NCBI GenBank assembly: GCA_002352385.1
Contig: DEII01000121.1
Location: 19,959-83,958, forward strand
DNA length: 64,000 nt
DNA from: Methylococcaceae bacterium UBA2778
GTDB lineage: Bacteria > Pseudomonadota > Gammaproteobacteria > Methylococcales > UBA2778
Reading direction: 5' to 3'
Below the pieces are notes generated by a model that was not told the DNA's origin, ran no database searches, and worked only from the letters and a program-made list of their open reading frames with translations. The position numbers and the translations under genes were made by a program. Below, one piece after another: positions 28,886-37,342 of this stretch (positions are counted from its first letter, which is position 1; each line of letters opens with the position of its first letter).

Positions 28886-29608
28886 GTGCATCTGGAAAAA
28901 TTGCCGGCCGTGACCGAAATCGTCCCCATCCCCGGCTTCTCCCATCCGGTCAGCTCCATTGTCCATCTCGTCGGCGCCGGCGTCTTTTTCGCGCTCACCT
29001 TTGTTTTGCTCTCTCGTGCACGCGGTGACATCGGGCGATTGGTTACGCTCGGCATCTTCTCGTTCGCCTGCGTCTCCATGTTGTCGATCAGCGGTGTCTA
29101 TCATCTTCTATCACCCTATGGCATTCCGCATTTGGTCTTTCAGAGAATCGACCATGCCGCCATCTTCGTGGCCATCGCCGGAACCTTTACACCGCTCGAA
29201 TGGATTCTCTTCCCCGGTGTGCGGCGGTGGGTGATGATCATTCTGGTCTGGGTGCTGGCCATCACGGGAATAACCCTCAAAGTGGTGTTTTTTGAGAGTC
29301 TCCCGGAATGGGCGGGCCTGGGCATGTACCTGGGGCTCGGTTGGATCGGTGTGATATCGGGCATCGGCGTTTGGCGGAAATACGGCGCCCCCTTGCTCAA
29401 GCCGCTGATTTTTGGCGGGCTCGCCTACACTGCCGGCGCGGTATTGGACCTGATCCGCCAGCCGGTGATCATTGCCGGGGTGATCGGCCCGCATGAATTG
29501 CTTCATTTTGCAGTGCTGGCCGGAATGGGCTTTCATTGGCGGCTTCTGTATAAAGCATTAGAGCACGAGCCTGGCAGCTCCCGTACGGCGGGCGCTACCG
29601 GAAAATGA
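28886..29608 (+). CDS. Hemolysin III / PAQR-family membrane protein
   Basis: 240 aa, 7 TM helices, with the SGVYHLL and RIDHAAIFVAIAGTFTP motifs characteristic of the HlyIII/YqfA family. GTG start. Confidence 0.85.
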   Translation: MHLEKLPAVTEIVPIPGFSHPVSSIVHLVGAGVFFALTFVLLSRARGDIGRLVTLGIFSFACVSMLSISGVYHLLSPYGIPHLVFQRIDHAAIFVAIAGTFTPLEWILFPGVRRWVMIILVWVLAITGITLKVVFFESLPEWAGLGMYLGLGWIGVISGIGVWRKYGAPLLKPLIFGGLAYTAGAVLDLIRQPVIIAGVIGPHELLHFAVLAGMGFHWRLLYKALEHEPGSSRTAGATGK

Positions 29609-29757
29609 GAGCGTTCAAATGCTCCTGCAGAGCAATGGAGGAGAAAAATCGAATGACAAAGTCGACGCTTGCAAAGGTGGATTTGTGCCGCGTGCGACTG
29701 ACTGTTCTACCGAAGGTTTCCAGGGATTCGCCGATCTTGCAAAGAGACGACTCTCAC

Positions 29758-30486
29758 TCATTGCAAAAGCACGCGCTGCAGCAGCCAACTCCAGACGGCC
29801 TCAAATCGCTCCACTAAAACCTTTGCCAGCGGCGTATAAAAAAACCAAGCAAGAATGATGCCGCAGACAAAGACTGCGCCGACCAGTTCGTCCGACAGCC
29901 AGTGCGCACCCGCCACCAAACGAGGAATCACATACATCACGGCCAGTACAACAGACGCCCAGCCATACCCTCGCTTCAGGTAACAAAGGCTAAAGCCGGC
30001 GATGATAAAACCGACCACGCCATGGTCGCCTGGAAAGGTGTCATCGGAATAGTCCTTGGTCTTGAACCCGCTCACCCATTCACTGAGATGAAACGCGTCC
30101 CGAAACTCCAATGTAGCGCTGTAGCGATCGATCGGCAGCAGATTGCCGATCCGTGTTCCTATGAATGCGGCGATGGCAGCGACGCTGATGACGGCAAGGT
30201 GCCAGGCCCAGCGTTCCCTTCCGGCATGCAGCCCGGAGATAATGAAAACCGAGAGCAGGACGAGCCCGAAAAGGTAATCGAACCACTCGTGATTCATCAC
30301 CGCCCAGAACAGGCGCCAAGCATCGCCGCCCTTCTTCAGGCTTTGATCAGAAAAACGAAACCACCCCTCGTCGAGCGACAACCAGAGACCGCGGGTCGGC
30401 TCGAACAGCCAACTCAAGAGCAGCAGCAGAAGTGCTGCGTGAACGATAAGCAGACGCTTAGGGGACCATTGATATGTGTCGTTCAT
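29758..30486 (-). CDS. PAP2-superfamily phosphatase (membrane)
   Basis: 242 aa. The acid-phosphatase motifs are FPGDHGV and RLVAGAHWLSDE (PSGH / SRxxxxxHxxxD type), set among 6 TM helices. Confidence 0.8.
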   Translation of the reverse strand: MNDTYQWSPKRLLIVHAALLLLLLSWLFEPTRGLWLSLDEGWFRFSDQSLKKGGDAWRLFWAVMNHEWFDYLFGLVLLSVFIISGLHAGRERWAWHLAVISVAAIAAFIGTRIGNLLPIDRYSATLEFRDAFHLSEWVSGFKTKDYSDDTFPGDHGVVGFIIAGFSLCYLKRGYGWASVVLAVMYVIPRLVAGAHWLSDELVGAVFVCGIILAWFFYTPLAKVLVERFEAVWSWLLQRVLLQ

Positions 30487-30565
30487 AGATAGGGGTTAGA
30501 TGGTTGGAGAATCATGCGGTATTCGAGCCCTTCCGGTTTCGGTCGACGGCTGCGGACATTGTTGG

Positions 30566-32089
30566 TCAGCGCGGCTCGAGGCGATAGTTCTTCGCCAGAA
30601 AACAGTAGATCCTGCGCATCGAATCATCCCCTATGGCCAAAAGGGGGTAGGTGAACGTCGCTGCCAGGGTGACTTCATCGAAATACCGGCCGAGCAATTT
30701 CTTTGCCGGCGGCGACAGCTGCGGCTGTGTCGAGACATACAAGGCGTCCATGCCATTCAAGGTCTGCGGCAGTTCCCACATGCTGAGCTGTTTGGCGAAG
30801 CTGCCGACGATATCGTGCGCATAGGCCCTTTGGTGCGTCGGAGAGTACAAAGTAATGTAGGCGGCAGTCTTATGCGAGTCGGTGAAGATGAAGACCTTGT
30901 CCTTGCCGCCCAGCTTCTTCTGCAAATCGACGATCTGATGGGTGAATCCCTTCCAGCCGCTCCAGTTGTTCACCTGAACGATCTGAAAACCCGGAACGAT
31001 GAACAGAATATAGAAAGTAGCGACCAGTCCGACGGACAGCCAGGCGCCTCGGGAAAACCATTTCGTCCGAAACGGATTCGAATTCTGGATCAACAGAGCG
31101 ATGGCGACGATGGCGCCGAGGTAGCCGGGCAGCAGCCAGTGAAATTTGACCTTGGACGTGAGGCTGATCAGGGTAAACCCGATGATCAAAAAGACACCGC
31201 TCAAAAAGTGGAGCCGGGCCGGCCGCTGAGTGCGCCACCCGGAGCTCATGGTGATGCAGCTTTTGACGAACAGGACGAAAACCAACGGGGTCAACATCGC
31301 CAGCTGCGTTGCAATGAGCTGCAGGAAATAGCCGATATGAATGGTGCGCCCGCCGGTGGCCTCTTTCGCCCGTTGGCTGAACTGCATCAGGAATGAGACC
31401 CAATCGTGCTGCCAGTTCCAGACGACAACCGGCGTGAACACCACGACTGCGACGTCCATTGCCAAATAGGGATAGGGCGTCAAAAGGGATTTTCGCAACT
31501 TTTTGTCGATCAGCAGCGCAATCAAAATTCCGGGCAGGATCGCGACTGCCGTGTACTTGGAGAGCAGGCCGAAGCCCAGCGCGATGCCGGCAAAAATAAA
31601 ATTCCGCGGCCTGGCCGTGATCCGGAATTCCTGAATGAAATACAACACCAGCAGCCAGAAAAACAGAAGCGCCGGGTCCGGCTGCTGGATGACAGCGAAT
31701 ATATTGGCGAACAGCGTCAGGTTGAACAGCACAACGGCAAGAAAGGCGGTGTTCTTCGCTTCTGAATCGGAATGGTCAGCGAGCGCCCGCCGCGCCGTTT
31801 GATAGAGGAGAATGTTGGTCAGCAACGACCAGATGACAGCCATGAACTTGATGCCGTAGCCGTTGTCTCCGAACAGCGTGGTCCCCAGAAGGATAGAATA
31901 GCCCACGAGCGGCGGGTGATCGACGTAGGATAATGCAGGATGTTGCGAATAGAGCCAATAATAGGCTTCCTGAGCCGTCACCGGCGCGAAGCCGATATAA
32001 ATGAGTCTGAACAGGGTCAGACCGATGATCAGCATCCATGCCTTGTCTATCCTCTCTAAATCGAAACTGCCAATCCGAAGTGTTGTCAT
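30566..32089 (-). CDS. GT39/GT83-type (ArnT/PMT-like) membrane glycosyltransferase
   Basis: 507 aa, multi-pass. The N-terminal APVTAQEAYYWLYSQHPALSYVDHPPLVGY loop is typical of the dolichyl/undecaprenyl-phosphate-sugar-dependent glycosyltransferase 39 family. Confidence 0.85.
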   Translation of the reverse strand: MTTLRIGSFDLERIDKAWMLIIGLTLFRLIYIGFAPVTAQEAYYWLYSQHPALSYVDHPPLVGYSILLGTTLFGDNGYGIKFMAVIWSLLTNILLYQTARRALADHSDSEAKNTAFLAVVLFNLTLFANIFAVIQQPDPALLFFWLLVLYFIQEFRITARPRNFIFAGIALGFGLLSKYTAVAILPGILIALLIDKKLRKSLLTPYPYLAMDVAVVVFTPVVVWNWQHDWVSFLMQFSQRAKEATGGRTIHIGYFLQLIATQLAMLTPLVFVLFVKSCITMSSGWRTQRPARLHFLSGVFLIIGFTLISLTSKVKFHWLLPGYLGAIVAIALLIQNSNPFRTKWFSRGAWLSVGLVATFYILFIVPGFQIVQVNNWSGWKGFTHQIVDLQKKLGGKDKVFIFTDSHKTAAYITLYSPTHQRAYAHDIVGSFAKQLSMWELPQTLNGMDALYVSTQPQLSPPAKKLLGRYFDEVTLAATFTYPLLAIGDDSMRRIYCFLAKNYRLEPR

Positions 32090-32234
32090 TGGTATCGAAA
32101 ACTCCCGAACCGGCTGGACCGGTCACTTAATATTCAAACAGAATATACCATCGATGCATCTATCCGCTCCCCCTATCACCAATCAGCCCTCGTCAGTGGG
32201 AAAAGGCTGCGAGCGGTCAGTGGTTCCACAGTTT

Positions 32235-32261
32235 TCTCTCCCTCCGGGAGAGGGTGAGGGG
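32235..32261 (+). repeat. REP-like unit, copy 2
   Basis: TCTCTCCCTCCGGGAGAGGGTGAGGGG, a self-complementary core CTCCC-TCCG-GGAG-AGGG followed by GTGAGGGG. Confidence 0.55.
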
Positions 32262-32313
32262 ATCTGAACAATTACCCACCGATCCGTCGCGCCGCCGGAG
32301 CAACGGCAGAAAC

Positions 32314-32886
32314 TCACAGCTTATAGACAACAACCCCTATAATCACGAAAGCAACGGTCGCCCACCCAAGCCGGTCGATGTATTTGTGCAACGTCTTTTC
32401 CAGGGGTTCCCCGCCCCAGGCCAGAAGCAGCGCCACCAGGAAAAACCGCCCGCCTCTGCCGATGAAGGAAGCCGCAACGAACGGCAGAAACGCCATCGAG
32501 AGCGCGCCGGCCGCAATGGTAAAGACCTTGTAGGGAATCGGTGAGAACCCGGCAAGAAAAACCGCCCAGAATCCCCATTTTTCGAACCACTCCTGAGCCA
32601 TGTTGTATTTCTCCCAATAACCGAGTTGGTGAATCCACGGCTCGATCAGATCAAAGGCAAACGCTCCGATCAGATAGCCCAGCATGCCGCCCAGCACCGA
32701 AGCCACCGTTGTCAACAAGGCATACCACAGTGCCCGCTTCGGCCGCGCCAGGGCCATCGGCGCCAGCATCACATCCGGCGGTATCGGAAAAAATGAGGAT
32801 TCGGCAAAGCTCAAGGCGGAAAGATACCAAACGGCATGCTTGTGCCGGGCCCACGCCAGCACCTTTTTATAGAGAAACGAAAACAT
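32314..32886 (-). CDS. YqaA-like DedA/SNARE-associated family membrane protein
   Basis: 190 aa with FAESSFFPIPPDVMLAPMAL and GFSPIPYKVFTIAAG, motifs of the YqaA subgroup. Confidence 0.85.
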   Translation of the reverse strand: MFSFLYKKVLAWARHKHAVWYLSALSFAESSFFPIPPDVMLAPMALARPKRALWYALLTTVASVLGGMLGYLIGAFAFDLIEPWIHQLGYWEKYNMAQEWFEKWGFWAVFLAGFSPIPYKVFTIAAGALSMAFLPFVAASFIGRGGRFFLVALLLAWGGEPLEKTLHKYIDRLGWATVAFVIIGVVVYKL

Positions 32887-33004
32887 TCGATGGTCCCTGG
32901 GGAAGAAATGTACGAAAGGATAGGGAATTCAACGAAACTTGGCAATCTATTTATTCGAAACCACGCCCGTGGAGGAAGCTGTTTCGCGACGGTATGCCCT
33001 CGAC

Positions 33005-33247
33005 CCTAGGAGGCTGTCCGAGAATAGCGATCGGTAGCGAGGGTGAGACTGATTGAGTCAGATTATTGATGGAAACCATCCTTGGTTTCCACCCCTTCGG
33101 GGTCGCTAACGCGGCCCAAATTGGCTCCCGGCCAATTTGTCGATCATTTGAGGCGAATAGTGGGCCTATTTTAAAAAAAGATCGGGAAATCTGGCCAATT
33201 CAGGTTCGGCCGCAGTCGATCAGTCTGTTCTCGGACAGCCTCCTAGG
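33005..33247. repeat. MITE-like miniature element with perfect 20-bp terminal inverted repeats
   Basis: The left TIR CCTAGGAGGCTGTCCGAGAA (33005-33024) is the exact reverse complement of TTCTCGGACAGCCTCCTAGG (33228-33247). The interior holds three consecutive hairpins: GGAAACCA-TCCT-TGGTTTCC, ACCCC-TTCG-GGGT and TTGGC-TCCCG-GCCAA. Confidence 0.7.
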
Positions 33248-33378
33248 AGATCGTCGATCTTTTTCAGCCCCAGCCCCAGCAGTGCCGGGGCGTTGGGATT
33301 GTCCATGCGCAGCAGACGCCACGCCGCATGCTCCTTGTGGAGACGGCGGAACCGGGCGTTTAGTTCGTGGAAACTCAT
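33220..33378 (-). pseudogene. Orphan 5' gene fragment (52 codons) resembling a DUF3375/JetA-type N-terminus, running into the miniature-element TIR
   Basis: My reverse translation gives MSFHELNARFRRLHKEHAAWRLLRMDNPNAPALLGLGLKKIDDLLGGCPRTD*. The AWRLLR-DN-AP segment recalls the N-termini of DUF3375 proteins as I remember them. The last codons and the stop are supplied by the right TIR at 33228-33247. No obvious SD. Confidence 0.3.
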
Positions 33379-33544
33379 TGTTTATGTTGGTTCCATTGAT
33401 GGTTCACAGTCCGGCCATAACATATCATGTGCATTATGGAACATTTCTGCACAATATAAGGTATCAAAAAATTCCGGGCCGTATTCGCAGCCACCATCAG
33501 GAAATCCGGAAAAAACGCAGGCAGGATAATCTCCCGCTCGCGGC

Positions 33545-33805
33545 TTATGATGGCTTCCTATCCTGCAGCGCGCGCCGAATGCGCTCCCGTGCCTGCTCGG
33601 GCAATCGTTCGCGGGGTGAAAAACACTCCGGATCACCATGCCGCACGCGCTTGAACGCCCGCTCGAGAAAGCGCAGATGACCGACATAGCGCCTGCACAG
33701 TCGACAGAACAGAAGATGCAGCCGCATCCCCCAACGCTGACGGCAGGTGAGCGGTGCATCCAGCGTTTGTGAAGCCAGATGCGCAACATCTTTACAGGAC
33801 AACAT
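33545..33805 (-). CDS. Anti-sigma factor (zf-HC2 type)
   Basis: 86 aa. MLSCKDVAHLASQTLDAPLTCRQRWGMRLHLLFCRLCRRY carries the H-x3-C-x2-C zinc-finger anti-sigma motif. It starts 6 nt after the sigma gene stop. Confidence 0.7.
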   Translation of the reverse strand: MLSCKDVAHLASQTLDAPLTCRQRWGMRLHLLFCRLCRRYVGHLRFLERAFKRVRHGDPECFSPRERLPEQARERIRRALQDRKPS

Positions 33806-33810
33806 GTCGA

Positions 33811-34401
33811 TCAGCCCCCTTCTTTACCGAACCAGTGGGCGTCCAAACAGTTGCGCAGCCGAAGACGCATCCGAGACAACATCACCCACAGATTATTAAT
33901 CGTCGAAATATTCAGAACCTCACAGATTTCATCGCTTGACAAGCCGTCGATCTCACGCAGCGCGAACAGCCGGCTCAGACGGGGCGGCAAACCCTCGACG
34001 CAATCAGCCAGAACTCGCCAGAATTGATCCTGCTCCAGCGACTCGTCGGGCCTGGACCAGTGGCCCACATCCATCCGCCAACGGCCACGATCGTCGAAAA
34101 CGGAATCGGCCGCGTGACTGATCATTGCGTCGTCGACATCCTGCACGGTTTCGCGGCTCGATTTACGAAAATAGTCGACGATTTTGTGCTTGAGGATGCC
34201 GGTCAACCAGGTTTTTTCCGAAGCATTGCCGGCGAACCGATCCCGTGCTTTCAATCCGGCGAGCAGGGTCTCCTGCACCAGATCCTCGGCCAGCGGCTCA
34301 TCGTGAACCCGCGCCATCGCAAAGCGGTAAAGAGCATCTCCATATTGGTCCAGCCATTCGGCAGGATTCGATCGGTTTGAGGTCATGGGGTAACCCGGCA
34401 A
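33811..34401 (-). CDS. ECF-type RNA polymerase sigma-70 family factor
   Basis: 196 aa. Region 2 is ALYRFAMARVHDEPLAEDLVQETLLAG and region 4 is LPPRLSRLFALREIDGLSSDEICEVLNISTINNLWVMLSRMRLRLR. Confidence 0.88.
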   Translation of the reverse strand: MPGYPMTSNRSNPAEWLDQYGDALYRFAMARVHDEPLAEDLVQETLLAGLKARDRFAGNASEKTWLTGILKHKIVDYFRKSSRETVQDVDDAMISHAADSVFDDRGRWRMDVGHWSRPDESLEQDQFWRVLADCVEGLPPRLSRLFALREIDGLSSDEICEVLNISTINNLWVMLSRMRLRLRNCLDAHWFGKEGG

Positions 34402-34591
34402 TTAACGTTCCAGACCGGCCATGCTAAAGCAGGCCGCGGCGGCAGGCAAACCGCGTTCCGTTATTCCGGCAATTTTCATTCTGGATAATCGCGCAGAAAA
34501 AATGACTGCGTCCGCCTTTTCGCGCCGTTTTTTGGCGCATTCGTAGCAAATGCAGCGAGCACCAACGCGTCGTACTTGTTTACTTCCTCGC

Positions 34592-34675
34592 TCACCAATC
34601 AGCACCTGTCAACGGAAAAGGCAGCGACCACCCCGTGGTTCCAGCCTTCTTCCACTGACAGGTGCTGATTGGTGA
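34592..34675. repeat. Perfect 20-bp inverted repeat separated by 44 nt
   Basis: TCACCAATCAGCACCTGTCA (34592-34611) and TGACAGGTGCTGATTGGTGA (34656-34675) are exact reverse complements. Located in the non-coding region between the ECF sigma gene and the CIS operon. Confidence 0.75.
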
Positions 34676-34837
34676 CAAGGGGGGAAACGAATGGATACGC
34701 TGCAATTGAAATTCATCCCCATCATTAATCCTTCATGTATTTGATCTAGATCAAATCGTTTTTCCTTTTTAAGGTTAAAATTGCAACTATCTCTATAGAA
34801 GCGAATCCTTAGCCGTCCTATGAAACGAGGCAAGCGG

Positions 34838-34966
34838 CCCAGGAGGCTGTCCGAAAAGAGGGCGCTTGAATTCTATAATACACTCTATTGTGGAATGGAA
34901 TTTAAACAAACACATTATACGGTATGAAAGAGGGTTTGGCTTCGCGTTCTCGAACAGACTCCTAGC
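34838..34966. repeat. Second, shorter element with degenerate copies of the same TIR
   Basis: CCCAGGAGGCTGTCCGAAAA (left) and TTCTCGAACAGACTCCTAG (right, 34947-34965) resemble the 33005/33228 TIRs. The interior is unrelated and AT-rich. Confidence 0.55.
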
Positions 34967-35237
34967 GCAAGCATTTCAAAGAGCTTTATTGAAGTTTCAC
35001 CGTCTTATAGGGGTCGGCCGGGCACGCAGGGGCATTTTTCAATCGGTTTGCGCATGCCAACGCAACCCCCGCAAAAAATCTGCGAACGCCAGCTACCACG
35101 TTCGGGATTTCCGAAAACGGCGAAACGTCAGGAGCTTTTTTCAAAAACATAATTCATGTGTCGAGGTGTAAGACTGTTGTGCTGATTCGTTCGGCTTCAA
35201 CCGATACTTTTTAGAGTTTCCAACGGAGGATTAAACA

Positions 35238-36800
35238 ATGCCAACATCATTGAATTATCCAGGCGTCTATGTCGAGGAAATTCCCAGTGGTGTCCGTACG
35301 ATCACCGGGGTTGCCACTTCCATCGCTGCTGTCGTCGGTAGAGCGAAACGCGGGCCAATCGATAAGGCCACGGTCATAAACAGTTATGCCGACTATGAAC
35401 GCCTTTTTGGTGGGCTCGATCTCACTAGCAAGATGAGCTTTGCCGTCCGGGATTTTTATCTAAATGGTGGTCAGCAGACGGTAATCGTGCGAATTTACCA
35501 TGCGGACCCTCCTGCGGAACCGGGTGGAGACGCTCCTCCATCGTTGGCAAGCCTGACTGCCGGAAATGTCGAACTCGAGGCAGCCAGTCCAGGCGCTTGG
35601 GGCAACAGGCTTCGTGTCATTGTCGATCATGACGACGCAGCGACCGCGGACGTCGCTGAGCGCCAGGAGGTGGAAGTCGGAGACCTTTTCAATCTCACCG
35701 TAGAAGAAAACGTCGAAACAGGACGGCGAGAGCGTTTCCTGAACGTGACAGTCATAGCAGGACCGCGCCAGCTGGATAAAGTCCTCGAAAATGAGTCCGA
35801 ATTGGCTCGCCTGGCTGAAGGCGCCGACTTGCCGGAAACGAGACCGTCGGATAGTACCTATACGGTGACAGAAGCCAATCGGGCCTCCGATGGTCAGCCG
35901 CTCGCCGTTAACGATTATATCGGAGACAGAGTTCGAAAAAGAGGCCTTTACGCACTAGAGCAAATTGACCTGTTCAATCTTCTTTGTTTGCCCTCGGAAG
36001 GGGAAACATCGGATTATCCCGCCGGTTTGCTTGCATCTGCGGCCAGCTATTGCGAAGACCGCCGCGCAATGCTTCTCGTGGACTCACCCAGCAGTTGGAG
36101 CAATAAGGATAGAGCGAGGAGTGGCATGGCTACGGGTGTAGGAACCAATAGCAAGAATGCCGCGATATTTTTCCCCCGCCTGAAGCAGCCCAATCCGCTT
36201 CGCGACAATCAAATCGAGGAATTCGTGCCGTGCGGCGCCGTGGCGGGCGTGTTTGCACGCACCGATGCGCAGCGCGGGGTGTGGAAGGCGCCCGCGGGTA
36301 TCGAAGCAACCTTGAAAGGTGTTCCGGAACTCAGCGTTAACCTGACAGATCCGGAAAACGGGGAACTCAATCCACTAGGCCTGAACTGTTTGCGCACATT
36401 TCCCGTCATTGGCCGGGTCGTATGGGGCGCGAGAACACTGAAGGGGGCAGATGTGTTGGCCCATGAATGGAAGTACACCCCGGTAAGACGGTTAGCGCTT
36501 TTCATAGAAGAAAGCCTGTATCGCGGTACCCAGTGGGTCGTTTTCGAGCCAAACGACGAGCCCCTATGGGCTCAAATCCGACTCAATGTCGGTGCCTTCA
36601 TGAATAATCTCTTTCGCCAAGGCGCCTTTCAGGGCGTGTCACCCCGGGATGCATATTTTGTCAAGTGCGACAAGGAGAGCACGACACAGAACGATATCAA
36701 CCTCGGCATCGTGAATATCGTTGTCGGCTTTGCACCGCTTAAGCCGGCCGAGTTCGTGGTTATCAAGATTCAACAGATCGCTGGCCAAGTCCAGGTTTGA
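35238..36800 (+). CDS. Contractile tail sheath protein (CIS sheath)
   Basis: 520 aa. N-terminus MPTSLNYPGVYVEEIPSGVRTITGVATSIAAVVG and C-terminus ...AYFVKCDKESTTQNDINLGIVNIVVGFAPLKPAEFVVIKI are the conserved ends of phage-tail sheath family proteins. GGAGGA Shine-Dalgarno upstream. Confidence 0.92.
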   Translation: MPTSLNYPGVYVEEIPSGVRTITGVATSIAAVVGRAKRGPIDKATVINSYADYERLFGGLDLTSKMSFAVRDFYLNGGQQTVIVRIYHADPPAEPGGDAPPSLASLTAGNVELEAASPGAWGNRLRVIVDHDDAATADVAERQEVEVGDLFNLTVEENVETGRRERFLNVTVIAGPRQLDKVLENESELARLAEGADLPETRPSDSTYTVTEANRASDGQPLAVNDYIGDRVRKRGLYALEQIDLFNLLCLPSEGETSDYPAGLLASAASYCEDRRAMLLVDSPSSWSNKDRARSGMATGVGTNSKNAAIFFPRLKQPNPLRDNQIEEFVPCGAVAGVFARTDAQRGVWKAPAGIEATLKGVPELSVNLTDPENGELNPLGLNCLRTFPVIGRVVWGARTLKGADVLAHEWKYTPVRRLALFIEESLYRGTQWVVFEPNDEPLWAQIRLNVGAFMNNLFRQGAFQGVSPRDAYFVKCDKESTTQNDINLGIVNIVVGFAPLKPAEFVVIKIQQIAGQVQV

Positions 36801-36811
36801 GGAGAAGAAAA

Positions 36812-37339
36812 ATGGCAGATCCTCGCTACAAAATTGATCGTTACGATCCTTACAAGAACTTCAAGTTCCACGTCAAATTTGGTACGAAGACCGTAGCCGC
36901 GGTCAGCAAAGTCAGTGCGCTCAAGCGCACTACTGAGGTGGTGACACATCGGGACGGGGCGGACCCAAGCACGAGCCGCAAGTCGCCGGGCCGCACCGAC
37001 TACGAAGCCATCACGCTGGAGCGCGGGGTAACCCACGATATAGAGTTCGAGCAGTGGGCCAACAAAGTGTGGAATTATGATTCGGGAGCCGGCTCAGAAG
37101 TCTCGCTCAAAGATTTCCGCAGGGACGTCACGATCGAGCTACTCAACGAGGCGGGTCAGGTGGCGCTGAGGTACAACGTCTACAATTGCTGGGTGTCCGA
37201 TTTCCAGGCATTGCCCGAGCTGGATGCCAACGCCAATGCCGTTGCGATCCAGACCTTGAAACTTGAAAACGAGGGCTGGACGCGTGACGATACGCACACG
37301 CCTGAGGATGAACCTGAATTTACGTTGCCGGAGGCCTGA
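36812..37339 (+). CDS. Tail tube protein (T4 gp19-like / conserved phage tail region protein)
   Basis: The ATG at 36812 follows a GGAGAAG Shine-Dalgarno. MADPRYKIDRYDPYKNFKFHVKFGTKTVAAVSKVSALKRTTEVVTHRDG...YEAITLERGVTHD matches the tube family pattern. Confidence 0.9.
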   Translation: MADPRYKIDRYDPYKNFKFHVKFGTKTVAAVSKVSALKRTTEVVTHRDGADPSTSRKSPGRTDYEAITLERGVTHDIEFEQWANKVWNYDSGAGSEVSLKDFRRDVTIELLNEAGQVALRYNVYNCWVSDFQALPELDANANAVAIQTLKLENEGWTRDDTHTPEDEPEFTLPEA

Positions 37340-37342
37340 TCG

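Noticed and set aside
30500-31396. 298-aa plus-strand ORF, and 30870..31403 on the minus strand in another frame
   Set aside because: They overlap the GT39-type glycosyltransferase gene. They are charged and low-complexity, unlike the coherent multi-TM minus-strand product.
34455-34459. GGAAC (minus strand) upstream of the ECF sigma gene, considered as an autoregulated ECF -35 box
   Set aside because: I see no convincing CGTC-like -10 element at the proper 16-17 nt spacing, and a single pentamer is too weak to call a promoter.
34866-35171. 101-aa plus-strand ORF (TTG start) in the CIS upstream region
   Set aside because: It starts inside the TIR-bounded element and has no Shine-Dalgarno. 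Its basic, low-complexity sequence is more likely non-coding regulatory DNA.
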